From assembly GCA_003513005.1 (NCBI GenBank), contig DOTD01000032.1, positions 4,847-68,846 of the forward strand: a DNA stretch of 64,000 bases, given 5' to 3'. Of the stretch, positions 56,023-64,000 are shown piece after piece (within the stretch, counting starts at the first letter, position 1; each line of letters starts with the position of its first letter). The notes under the pieces are model-generated. The model was given only the letters and a program-made list of their open reading frames with translations. It was not told the DNA's origin and did no database searches. This stretch comes from Desulfotomaculum sp. (GTDB taxonomy: Bacteria > Bacillota > Desulfotomaculia > Desulfotomaculales > Nap2-2B). Made by a program: the position numbers and the translations under genes.

Positions 56023-56355
56023 ATGGAAGCGGCTTCCGCAGACGAACTGATGTTAATGAAAAACAATGCCTTGTTAGTACACAAAATAACCGTGCATGAC
56101 TGGTATAAGCAATATTTTACCGGCGAAGTATACCATTTGCTGGTTGTCGTCATTGATGAATCTCTGAAGGGAACCGGGGCTTTAAGAAACATCCTCATGC
56201 CGGTGATTAATGAATGCGAAGAAAAGAAGATACCCATCGTGTTGCAGACCCACAATCCTGATAATGTTCCGCTTTATCAACATTATGGCTTTGAATTAAT
56301 GGAAACCCATTATTCCGAAGAACTGGACTTATCTTGTTTCTGCATGGCACGATAG
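56023..56355 (+). CDS. GNAT-family acetyltransferase (probably N-terminally truncated)
   Basis: 110 aa holding the acetyl-CoA-binding core (LLVVVIDESLKGTGALRNILMPVINECEEKKIPIVL...NVPLYQHYGF). Confidence 0.45.
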   Translation: MEAASADELMLMKNNALLVHKITVHDWYKQYFTGEVYHLLVVVIDESLKGTGALRNILMPVINECEEKKIPIVLQTHNPDNVPLYQHYGFELMETHYSEELDLSCFCMAR

Positions 56356-56654
56356 ACAATTATGTTGCTAGCAGGGAAATGGCGCCCTCTTATTGTACTA
56401 ACTTAACCATTGCATTTCGATTATTGGACGGTTTTGAAAATGTCAAGAAGTTTTGTCATTTTTGGAAATTGTTTTTACACAAATTTACTGCAGACGCATA
56501 ACTGCTGATGTATAATATTGAATATAATTTCTTAATAGGTGAGATATGGATTATATTACTTTAAAAAACAGGAAGCTGAGAGATTGATAAATTGAATTAT
56601 CTAAGTTATCTAATCTAAGCTAAATGGTTTTCGAGTCTTTAATGGTTATAATAA

Positions 56655-57791
56655 ATGAGGTTGAGCAATAAGATGGATTTATTGGTTCGTCTTGACATAA
56701 ACATTTTTTCCCTGATAATTTCCGCACTGATATTTTTTGACATGTATAAATGGGATGAGAAGCAATTTCTACAATACAGGCTGTTTATTGCATTATTAAT
56801 TTCAAACATGGTCTTGTTGATTTTAGATTCTCTTAGCTGGTTGTTTGACGGGCACGCCGGACCGACCATTTCATTAGTATTAACAAGTGTTTGTATTCTG
56901 TATTATATAATGAATCCCCTGCCACCTTTTTTGTGGTCGCTTTATGCCCACCATCAGGTGTTTCATGATGAAAGACGTACAAGAAAGCTATTCCTCCCCT
57001 TATTAATACCTGTAATAATATTTGCACTGATTTCAATAACGAGTCCGTTAACTAATTGGCTGTTTTTTTTGGATGGGAATAATGTCTATCATCGAGGAAA
57101 AGATTTTTATCTGGTAGTAATAATCTGCTACACATATCTGATTTGCACTTTTGTACTTATCTTTATGAACAAGCGCAGTATAGAAAAGAGACACTTTGTC
57201 CCGTTATTGTTATTTCCTGCTCTCCCTTTTATCGGTGGTATACTGCAGGCTATTTATTATGGGTTGGTATTGGTTTGGAGCAGCATAACCCTATCAATCT
57301 TAATAGTTTACCACAGCATACAGAACCATAGATTAAGCACTGATTTTTTAACCAACATATACAACCGCAATGAGCTTGAGCAATACTTAAACATAAAAAT
57401 TCGTAACAGCGCTAATAAAAATTCATTCTCAGGAATTTTTATAGATATCGATAATTTTAAACAAATCAATGACAGCTATGGTCATAAAATGGGCGATAAT
57501 ATGCTGATAGATACCGCCGGATTGATTAGAAAAAGTTTGCGAAAAGATGACTTTTTTGCCAGGTATGGCGGAGATGAATTCATTGTCATTCTGGATATTC
57601 AAGATATTTCGGTTTTAGAACAGACAGTCTTGAGAATAAATTCGAATGTAAGAAATTATAACTCAAACAGCGAATACCCTTTTAAACTAAGCATAAGCAT
57701 GGGTTACGATATTTACGACCCAAAATCCGGTATGGATAAAGATATGTTCATTAAACATATTGACGCCCATATGTATGAAAAGAAAAAATAA
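56655..57791 (+). CDS. membrane-bound diguanylate cyclase (GGDEF)
   Basis: 378 aa. Six N-terminal TM helices, GGDEF active site (RYGGDEFIV) with an RxxD I-site (RKDD) 5 residues upstream. Confidence 0.88.
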   Translation: MRLSNKMDLLVRLDINIFSLIISALIFFDMYKWDEKQFLQYRLFIALLISNMVLLILDSLSWLFDGHAGPTISLVLTSVCILYYIMNPLPPFLWSLYAHHQVFHDERRTRKLFLPLLIPVIIFALISITSPLTNWLFFLDGNNVYHRGKDFYLVVIICYTYLICTFVLIFMNKRSIEKRHFVPLLLFPALPFIGGILQAIYYGLVLVWSSITLSILIVYHSIQNHRLSTDFLTNIYNRNELEQYLNIKIRNSANKNSFSGIFIDIDNFKQINDSYGHKMGDNMLIDTAGLIRKSLRKDDFFARYGGDEFIVILDIQDISVLEQTVLRINSNVRNYNSNSEYPFKLSISMGYDIYDPKSGMDKDMFIKHIDAHMYEKKK

Positions 57792-57898
57792 TAGAAGTTT
57801 ATAAGAAAACAGATTTAGAGTTTATATTTGTGGGATGACAGCGGGCTTAAAAGGTCTTAAGCTTATTTTCCCGGCCTGGCAAGTGGGAGGAGAGCAGC

Positions 57899-58935
57899 AT
57901 GACGGATTCACTTACACTCATACTGCTGGCAGTTATTCTAATAACTTTTATTTTCACACTAACCAACGGACTGCATGACGCCAGTTCAGTTGTTGCTACT
58001 TTTATTGCCTCCGGAGCCGCCAGCCCGGTTCAAGCTGTTGTTTTAGCCGCTGTCTGCGGCCTTATAGGCGCTGTGGTGAGCGGCAGCGCAGTATCCAATA
58101 CTATTTCTTCCGTAGTAAATATTCCAATCCAGGCAGATCTGCCCAAAGTCCTTCTGGCGGCTATGGCTGGAGCCGTATTGTGGAATGTGATTACCTGGTA
58201 GGCCGGATTTCCTTCAAGTTCTACACATGCCCTGGTGGGAGGACTTATCGGAGCAGTATGGATGGCGCGAGGGCACAACAGCGTTTTATGGGGCTGGGAG
58301 CAATTAATCGGTCCGGCGCATCAATTGGTTGGAGTTAGTAAGATTGTAGCTGCTTTGATTGTCTCGCCGGTTTTGGGTTTTTGCACTGCTTTCTTGCTGC
58401 AAAAAGGCGCCAAATTTCTCCTTCGTAATGCCAATTATCGAATAAACTCGGGCATCAAAAAGGTACAATGGATTCTGGCCGGCCTTTTAGCATACAGCCA
58501 TGCGGGTAATGAAATGATACGCAAAAAATTGCAGGCCTCATATTGATAGCCCTGGTCTCCGCCGGCCATTCCATTGACCCAACGACTTCACTATGGGTAA
58601 AAGGTGGTGTGGGAGCGGTTATGTTCATAGGGACGCTTTTAGGAGGCTGGCCTATAATGAAGACGGTGGGGAGAGGTATATACACCATTCGTCCCATCCA
58701 CAGCTTGAATTCTCAAATATCGTCGGGCGGATCCGTACTGCTCGCGACTGCATTAGGCGCCCCGGTTTCAACAACCCATGTCGTTGTGGGCAGTGCAATG
58801 GGAGTAGGCAGCGCTGATGAATTCCGCATGGTCAATTAGAATATCGGTAAGGAGATCGTTATAGCCTGGTGTGTTACCATACCGGCATCGGCGATAGCAG
58901 CCGCGCTGGTATATTTCTTGTTGCGGTTTTTATAG
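57899..58935 (+). pseudogene. pit: inorganic phosphate transporter (PiT/PHO4 family), disrupted
   Basis: Three track ORFs belong to one gene. In-frame TAG 58199-58201 (ITW-*-AGFPSSSTHALVGG), 5-bp tandem duplication AATGA AATGA (58508-58517) breaking the GNDTQK motif, and in-frame TAG 58837-58839 (RMVN-*-NIGKEIVIAW). Confidence 0.85.
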
Positions 58936-58948
58936 AGGAGGAACCGTA

Positions 58949-59569
58949 GTGCGATTTAATTTTTGGGACAGACTGTTTCCAGTAAAACACGATTTCTATA
59001 AAATGATAAATGAACAGGCGGCCGCCACTGGCAAGATCGCCGGCACATTGCTGGATTGGCTGGAGAGCCGTTCTCAGGAGGATTACCAGCGCTTATTAGA
59101 GAGGATGAGGGAAGCAGATCAAAGCCGGTTAGATATGGAGAAACATCTCATAGAGGCATTCGCTACTCCCTTTGATCGTTCGGAGATATATTCAATATCC
59201 ATACAAATGAGCCGCATCGCCATATATGCACAATCTACCTTACTGGAAATGGAATCCTTTTCAGTTGCCGCCGACACGACAATCAGGCATATGGTGAAAA
59301 ATCTTCTTGATGGTGTAGAACAATTGGCCCGGACCATATATTTACTGAGAGAAGACGCCCGCCGGGCTGAAGATCAAATAGGGGGCATTCGCCAGGCTCA
59401 AACGCTTGTAGAGGGTTATTATCGAGCCGGTATGAGAAAGTTGTTCGAGGGCCAGGATCTGCTGCGGGCTATGAAATACCGGGAAGTATACCACCACATC
59501 AAGGACGCAGCTACTTTTTTAGGTTACACAACCGATGTTTTACACCGGATTATTGTGCGGCTGATTTAA
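58949..59569 (+). CDS. DUF47 / PhoU-like Pit accessory protein
   Basis: 206 aa, GTG start with SD GAGGAGG. Helical PhoU-like pattern. This type is a usual partner of PiT transporters. Confidence 0.75.
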   Translation: MRFNFWDRLFPVKHDFYKMINEQAAATGKIAGTLLDWLESRSQEDYQRLLERMREADQSRLDMEKHLIEAFATPFDRSEIYSISIQMSRIAIYAQSTLLEMESFSVAADTTIRHMVKNLLDGVEQLARTIYLLREDARRAEDQIGGIRQAQTLVEGYYRAGMRKLFEGQDLLRAMKYREVYHHIKDAATFLGYTTDVLHRIIVRLI

Positions 59570-59614
59570 ACCGGTAAATAACCATAATATGGGGATGGAA
59601 ATGAGGTTAAGTCT

Positions 59615-62251
59615 ATGGCAGCGATATTAATAAAAGACGGTATTTGCTGGGTGGGGGTACGCGACCCCGAACTCAGGATTTTCGATGCGGTTATGACTAC
59701 CGGCATCGGCACCAGATATAACGCCTACTTGATTAAAGGCAGCGAAAAAATGGTACTGATGGAGGTATGCGAGGACAAGTTTTTTGCTCAGTACCTGGAT
59801 AATGTCAAAAGTGTGACGGATCTTGCTGATATCGACTATCTGATCATGAATCATACTGAGCCGGATCATTCAGAAGCGGTTGCCAAATTGATCGACCTGG
59901 CGCCTAATCTTACAGTTCTGGGCAGCCCGACCGCCCTCTCCTTTTTAAAAGAAATTACTAACAAGAAATTTAACGCTAGGGCAGTAAATGACGGCGACCG
60001 TATGGACCTGGGCGGGAAAACGCTGCGTTTTATAAGCGCTCCTTTCCTGCACTGGCCGGACACGATTTATACCTACCTGGAAGAGGAGCAAATCCTTTTC
60101 ACCTGTGATTCATTCGGATCGCACTATCCGGATGAGCGTCTCTTTAATGATCTGATGGAGAGCGACTTTATCACCCCGTATAAAGAGTATTTTGATGCTA
60201 TTATCGGTCCTTTTAAGCCCTATGTTTTAGAAGCGCTGGACAAGATAAAAGACCTCCCCCTGGCCATGGTGGCCCCCGGTCACGGCCCGGTTCTGCGCAA
60301 AGACATCGACCGCTATATTGATCTTTACCGGCAATGGTCCACCCGTCCTCCCATTCCCCAAAGCGGCAAGCCCAAGATAATTCTTGCCTGCTTGAGCATC
60401 TACGGCTTCACCAAAAAGCTGGCTGACAGCATTGTTGAAGGTGTCGAAAGTATCGGTGATTTCGAGATCAGAAGATACCGGCTGATCGAAGACAAATTAG
60501 ATGATCCTGAACTGTTGGACCGGGTGGCGGAGGATCTTTTAGACGCCAGCGGATTTTTAATCGGATCGAATACCGTCAACGGTGATGTCCTGCCCCAGGT
60601 TTGGAAGCTGCTCGGCCGCCTGTCTCCAATAAGCCATGGGGATAAAGTGGCCATGGCTTTTGGTTCCTATGGGTGGAGCGGGGAAGCCGTACCCGGCATT
60701 GAGAACCGTCTGCAGGCCCTGCGCATGCAGGTTATGCCCGGCCTGCGGGTCAAGTTTAAACCCGGCGAAGGCAATCTGGACGACGCCTTCAAGCTGGGTA
60801 TGGATTTCGGCTGTGCTATTCTCGATAAAAAGCAGGACATATCCATGCATCGCTGGCGATGCTTGGTCTGCGGGCATATTCATGTCGGGGCGGAACCACC
60901 TGCAGTGTGCCCGGCCTGCGGTGTAGGGGCGGATAATTTTGTGCGCGAGACCGTGGAAGATGAATTTATTAATGATACTCAGGATAAATTCGTCATCATC
61001 GGCGGGGGTATTGCCGCCCTATCGGCTGCTCAAGCCATTCGCAAGCGCAACCGCAGCGCGGAAATCGTTATGTTAAGCGAAGAAGAATACCGTCCCTATT
61101 ATCGTCCGGCTTTATCCGATCTGCTCGGCGAGGATCTTTCCGATAAACAACTGTATGTTTTCGATCCTGCCTGGTATGCCGACAACCGGGTGGAATTGAA
61201 GACCGGCACCCGGGTGGCTAAGATTGAACCGGATAAGCGGACCATAGTTACGGAGCAGGGCGAGAGCATTCCGTATACTAAACTAATTGTCGCCACCGGA
61301 GCGCGCAGCAACATGCCTCCATTCAAAGGATTGGAAAACCGGGGTGTCCATGCCCTGCGCAGCCTGCAAGACTCCCTGCTCCTGAAGGAAGCAATTAAGT
61401 CTGCTAAAAAGGCCGTGGTTATAGGAGGCGGAGTGTTGGGTTTGGAAGCGGTTTGGGAGATGGTCTCTAGCGGCGTGGAGGTTGCTGTTATCGAGCATAA
61501 CCAGCGCATCATGCCCCGCCAGCTGGACGAGCCGGCTTCCGGGCGTCTGCAGGCGTTGATGGAAAGCAAAGGCGTAAAATTGTACCTGGGCCTGGACACC
61601 GCGGAAATTGTGGGAGACGGCCAGGCGCGGGGTGTGCGGCTAAGCGACGGCCGGCTTCTGGAAGCGGATTTGGCGCTGATCTCCACCGGGGTCAAGCCCA
61701 ATATGGAATTAGCCCGCGATGCCGGTATAGATGTGGCTCAGGGGATAGTGGTGGATGGCAGTATGCGCACCAGTCAGTCCAGCATCTATGCCGCCGGCGC
61801 CGGCGCCCAGTTCGGAGAAAGACTGGTTGAGTTATGGCCGGTTTCCCTGGAGATGGGAAGGGTGGCCGGGGCTGCCGCCGCCGGGGACTGGGTGGAATAT
61901 AAGGCTCCTTTGCTGTCAACCATGCTAGTGGCTTTTGATATGGAAATATTCTCAATCGGGGAAGTCAATCTGCCCCCCGAACTTTGCCGGATAGTAGAGG
62001 TTAACGATCCGGCGGAGAACTTCTTTAAACGCAGCTATATTAAAGACGGCGTACTGGTGGGAGAAATTATTATCGCCCCCAAGGTGGACGCTACCCAATC
62101 GATGCAGAATTTGGGCCGGACCAGCGGAGGGCAAAAACGCATCCGGCATTGGAAGTGCCGGGTCTGCGGATATGTGCACGAAGGTCCCGAGCCCCCGGAT
62201 GAATGCCCGGTATGCGGCTCCCCTAAATATGTGTTTTATCCCATAGACTGA
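59615..62251 (+). CDS. multidomain flavodiiron protein: FDP core, rubredoxin, NAD(P)H:rubredoxin oxidoreductase-like domain, rubredoxin
   Basis: 878 aa. Diiron motif HTEPDHS in the metallo-beta-lactamase domain, then a flavodoxin-like domain. Rubredoxin 1 WRCLVCGHIH...CPACG. FAD/NAD domain (FVIIGGGIAALSAA, VVIGGGVLGLE). Rubredoxin 2 WKCRVCGYVH...CPVCG. Confidence 0.88.
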   Translation: MAAILIKDGICWVGVRDPELRIFDAVMTTGIGTRYNAYLIKGSEKMVLMEVCEDKFFAQYLDNVKSVTDLADIDYLIMNHTEPDHSEAVAKLIDLAPNLTVLGSPTALSFLKEITNKKFNARAVNDGDRMDLGGKTLRFISAPFLHWPDTIYTYLEEEQILFTCDSFGSHYPDERLFNDLMESDFITPYKEYFDAIIGPFKPYVLEALDKIKDLPLAMVAPGHGPVLRKDIDRYIDLYRQWSTRPPIPQSGKPKIILACLSIYGFTKKLADSIVEGVESIGDFEIRRYRLIEDKLDDPELLDRVAEDLLDASGFLIGSNTVNGDVLPQVWKLLGRLSPISHGDKVAMAFGSYGWSGEAVPGIENRLQALRMQVMPGLRVKFKPGEGNLDDAFKLGMDFGCAILDKKQDISMHRWRCLVCGHIHVGAEPPAVCPACGVGADNFVRETVEDEFINDTQDKFVIIGGGIAALSAAQAIRKRNRSAEIVMLSEEEYRPYYRPALSDLLGEDLSDKQLYVFDPAWYADNRVELKTGTRVAKIEPDKRTIVTEQGESIPYTKLIVATGARSNMPPFKGLENRGVHALRSLQDSLLLKEAIKSAKKAVVIGGGVLGLEAVWEMVSSGVEVAVIEHNQRIMPRQLDEPASGRLQALMESKGVKLYLGLDTAEIVGDGQARGVRLSDGRLLEADLALISTGVKPNMELARDAGIDVAQGIVVDGSMRTSQSSIYAAGAGAQFGERLVELWPVSLEMGRVAGAAAAGDWVEYKAPLLSTMLVAFDMEIFSIGEVNLPPELCRIVEVNDPAENFFKRSYIKDGVLVGEIIIAPKVDATQSMQNLGRTSGGQKRIRHWKCRVCGYVHEGPEPPDECPVCGSPKYVFYPID

Positions 62252-62450
62252 TGTGTTGACAGTCTGGGTCAGGTTACCTCATTTTAAAGGAATTCGATTT
62301 GTCTGCCGGAATGGAAACCAAGCTGGTGAATTGAAAAGAACCTGTTGTGTTACTCTATTTAGCGTTCTTGAAGTTATCTGTTGTTGACAATACCCGGATA
62401 TGGTAAAATTAGGTTGGTAGTGCCGAATGATTTGAAGGGAGCGAGATGCC

Positions 62451-62702
62451 GTGAAAAAAGATGATCTTTTAGAGAGAATCACAATTAATCCGGATATTTT
62501 CAATGGTAAACCAATTATCCGCGGCTTGCGTATAAAGGTGGAAAATATGCTTGCTCTCCTGGATCAGGGTGTGACAATGCAAGAAATATTGGAAGACTTT
62601 CCAGACATGGAATTGAACGACATTAAAGCCTGCCTGGCCTATGCACGAACTTTGGTAGCAAATGAAAGCATTGGAGCAATTAATTTTGAGGCTGCAAAAT
62701 GA
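62451..62702 (+). CDS. DUF433 protein (antitoxin-like)
   Basis: 83 aa. ITINPDIFNGKPIIRGLRIKVENMLALL is the DUF433 signature. Confidence 0.75.
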   Translation: MKKDDLLERITINPDIFNGKPIIRGLRIKVENMLALLDQGVTMQEILEDFPDMELNDIKACLAYARTLVANESIGAINFEAAK

Positions 62703-62911
62703 AATTTCTTGTAGATGTTTGCATTGGAGGAAAAATTGCCAGGTGGTTAAAGGATATCGGATATGATGTTGTGGAAGTGCGAACGAATAATCCGCACATG
62801 CCTGATGAAGACATTCTTGATTGGGCATTTAAAGAAAGCAGGATCATACTGACTGCTGATAAAGATACCGTATTTCCTAATCGAATTCGTGTTCGAAATC
62901 CAAATATGTGA
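62699..62911 (+). CDS. DUF5615 / PIN-like partner of DUF433 (probably C-terminally truncated)
   Basis: 70 aa. MKFLVDVCIGGKIARWLKDIGYDVVEV...DEDILDWAFKESRIILTADKD, after which similarity to the family ends. Overlaps the DUF433 stop (ATGA). Confidence 0.55.
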   Translation: MKFLVDVCIGGKIARWLKDIGYDVVEVRTNNPHMPDEDILDWAFKESRIILTADKDTVFPNRIRVRNPNM

Positions 62912-62931
62912 TTTTGCTGATAGAATTTAAG

Positions 62932-62961
62932 GCGGCCTTTGTACTTCAAGGCCGCTTCTTC
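62932..62961 (+). terminator. rho-independent terminator
   Basis: GCGGCCTT-tgtacttc-AAGGCCGC followed by TTCTTC. Confidence 0.5.
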
Positions 62962-63149
62962 TGTAGTAGGGGATAACGCATGGTCAGGCTTGACTTATTA
63001 TCGGGCTTGACTTTTTTAAAATGGACTGGCTTCCGAAGCTTCGCCGGTTTGCTATAGCGGCGCTTCGCAAAACCGCAATAAAAAGATAAATGAGTAAGTT
63101 ATATCGAATTTAAGGACTCGGTTCAAGTTAGCGCCCTTCGGGCGGACTT

Positions 63150-63428
63150 TTATTCTTCCCCTATGTACTCCATGCTATCGTTATTGCATCCAGGACAGCC
63201 AACTTTGGGCATGTATCCTTCGTAGTACTCGTTGTTGAACTTGGCCATGCCGATCCCAGCGTCGATGATCGCCTCGTTAACCCAAAGCTCCTCCCCACAT
63301 ATCGGACAAAGATATTTGTACTCCTCCGGGGGAGGCCCGAATGGCTCCTCCCATTCCTTTTCCGTCCATGGCATCTCTTCGCTCTTCGACTTTATATTTG
63401 CCTCCCAATATTTCTTTGAATCCATCAT
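63150..63428 (-). CDS. hypothetical zinc-ribbon protein
   Basis: 92 aa, acidic, with two CxxC pairs (CPICGEE, CPGCNND). The start may be the internal Met (MPWTEKEWEE). Confidence 0.45.
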   Translation of the reverse strand: MMDSKKYWEANIKSKSEEMPWTEKEWEEPFGPPPEEYKYLCPICGEELWVNEAIIDAGIGMAKFNNEYYEGYMPKVGCPGCNNDSMEYIGEE

Positions 63429-63472
63429 AAATCACCCCATACTTGGGATGCCATATCTTCCAAATCTCCATC

Positions 63473-63883
63473 TTAAGCCCCACAACAAGGACAAACTAAA
63501 GGGTCTGTGCCTGTACTCTCCCGGTATCTTTCTCGATAACTCTTCTTGCCGATTATTTTTACCGCGCCCTGGACTACTCCTTTTACTTTGGCAACTGCTT
63601 CTTTAATTGTTTCCTTGATCTTCTCAAAACTCTTGGTTGCCTGAACTCCGTAGTACCTGATTCTTTTAAACCTTTTTTGAAAAACATGCTGGACCATTCT
63701 CCCTATGAACGTATAAACCTCTATGGTTTCCTTCTCCACTCTCTCCGTCATATGCGACCGATAATGATAAGTCACTTTTTGCCCATCATAAGCATCGACC
63801 CTTCTTACTGCTATCGTTTGTATACTATGGGCAGCAGCAAAAGCCCGCAAACCCGCATTCTTAAAATGAAAATTCCTATACGA
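63473..63883 (-). pseudogene. 3' fragment of an IS91-family (Y2) transposase gene
   Basis: Only the C-terminal part is present (...FHFKNAGLRAFAAAHSIQTIAVRRV...YYGVQATKS...DPLVCPCCGA). The expected tail (EIWKIWHPKYGVIYD) lies in another frame (63277-63483). An upstream in-frame stop sits at 63884-63886. Confidence 0.55.
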
Positions 63884-64000
63884 TTAAATTATAGTGGCTT
63901 TGCTGGTTGAAAAAGTGTAAAAAAGCAGAGAACATGACGCCGCGCTTTAGGAGAATTTCGTCAGGAAACAGCAGGATTTTTTAAAAATTACCAGAAAATA

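Noticed and set aside
57899-58935. Pyrrolysine decoding of the two in-frame TAG codons in pit
   Set aside because: The gene also has a 5-bp duplication frameshift. The TAGs replace Tyr and Trp positions one mutation away (TAY, TGG). The simplest reading is a pseudogene.

Overview
Chromosomal window from a Gram-positive anaerobe, Clostridia/Peptococcaceae-like by gene content and organisation (the taxon cannot be proven from sequence alone). 1-11.2 kb is core metabolism: ilvB (3' end), ilvN, a second ilvB-like gene, leuC, leuD, leuB, cimA, then cdaA, glmM, a glmS ribozyme and glmS. Downstream of glmS the window is a mosaic of visibly AT-richer accessory blocks punctuated by REP-like repeats. 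These blocks are: a Vsr::Dcm fusion with a candidate restriction endonuclease; a regulator plus radical SAM/SPASM pair; an RND efflux pair; a secreted papain-like protease with four 309-bp tandem repeats; a RAYT (IS200-like Y1 transposase) flanked by inverted REP-like repeats; a P1B ATPase; and ubiD-ubiA-ubiX with an NMT1-type ABC importer preceded by a perfect 10 x 11-bp microsatellite. At 37.6-47.0 kb lies a mercury/arsenic island: arsR-hgcA-hgcB, an ICMT-like methyltransferase, ccdA with a Trx-like lipoprotein, an ArsP-like permease, a small thioredoxin, acr3, arsR, padR, arsM and an ArsD/YuzD-like thioredoxin-fold ORF. The strongest signal is in that island. Four (possibly five) reading frames carry an in-frame TGA placed next to, or at the alignment position of, a cysteine of a metal-binding motif. 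Three of them are followed by a small hairpin whose loop lies about 21-24 nt downstream, so these are candidate selenocysteine codons. The competing explanation is gene decay, because the window also holds unambiguous pseudogenes (pit with two TAG codons plus a 5-bp duplication, UPF0158 with an in-frame TAA, an internally deleted arsM, several gene fragments). The right third holds an HDAC-like deacetylase, adk, trxB, an exonuclease-DinG helicase, a GGDEF cyclase, the degraded pit plus DUF47, an 878-aa flavodiiron-rubredoxin-NROR-rubredoxin fusion, a DUF433/DUF5615 pair and an IS91 remnant. No rRNA, tRNA or CRISPR array was seen.
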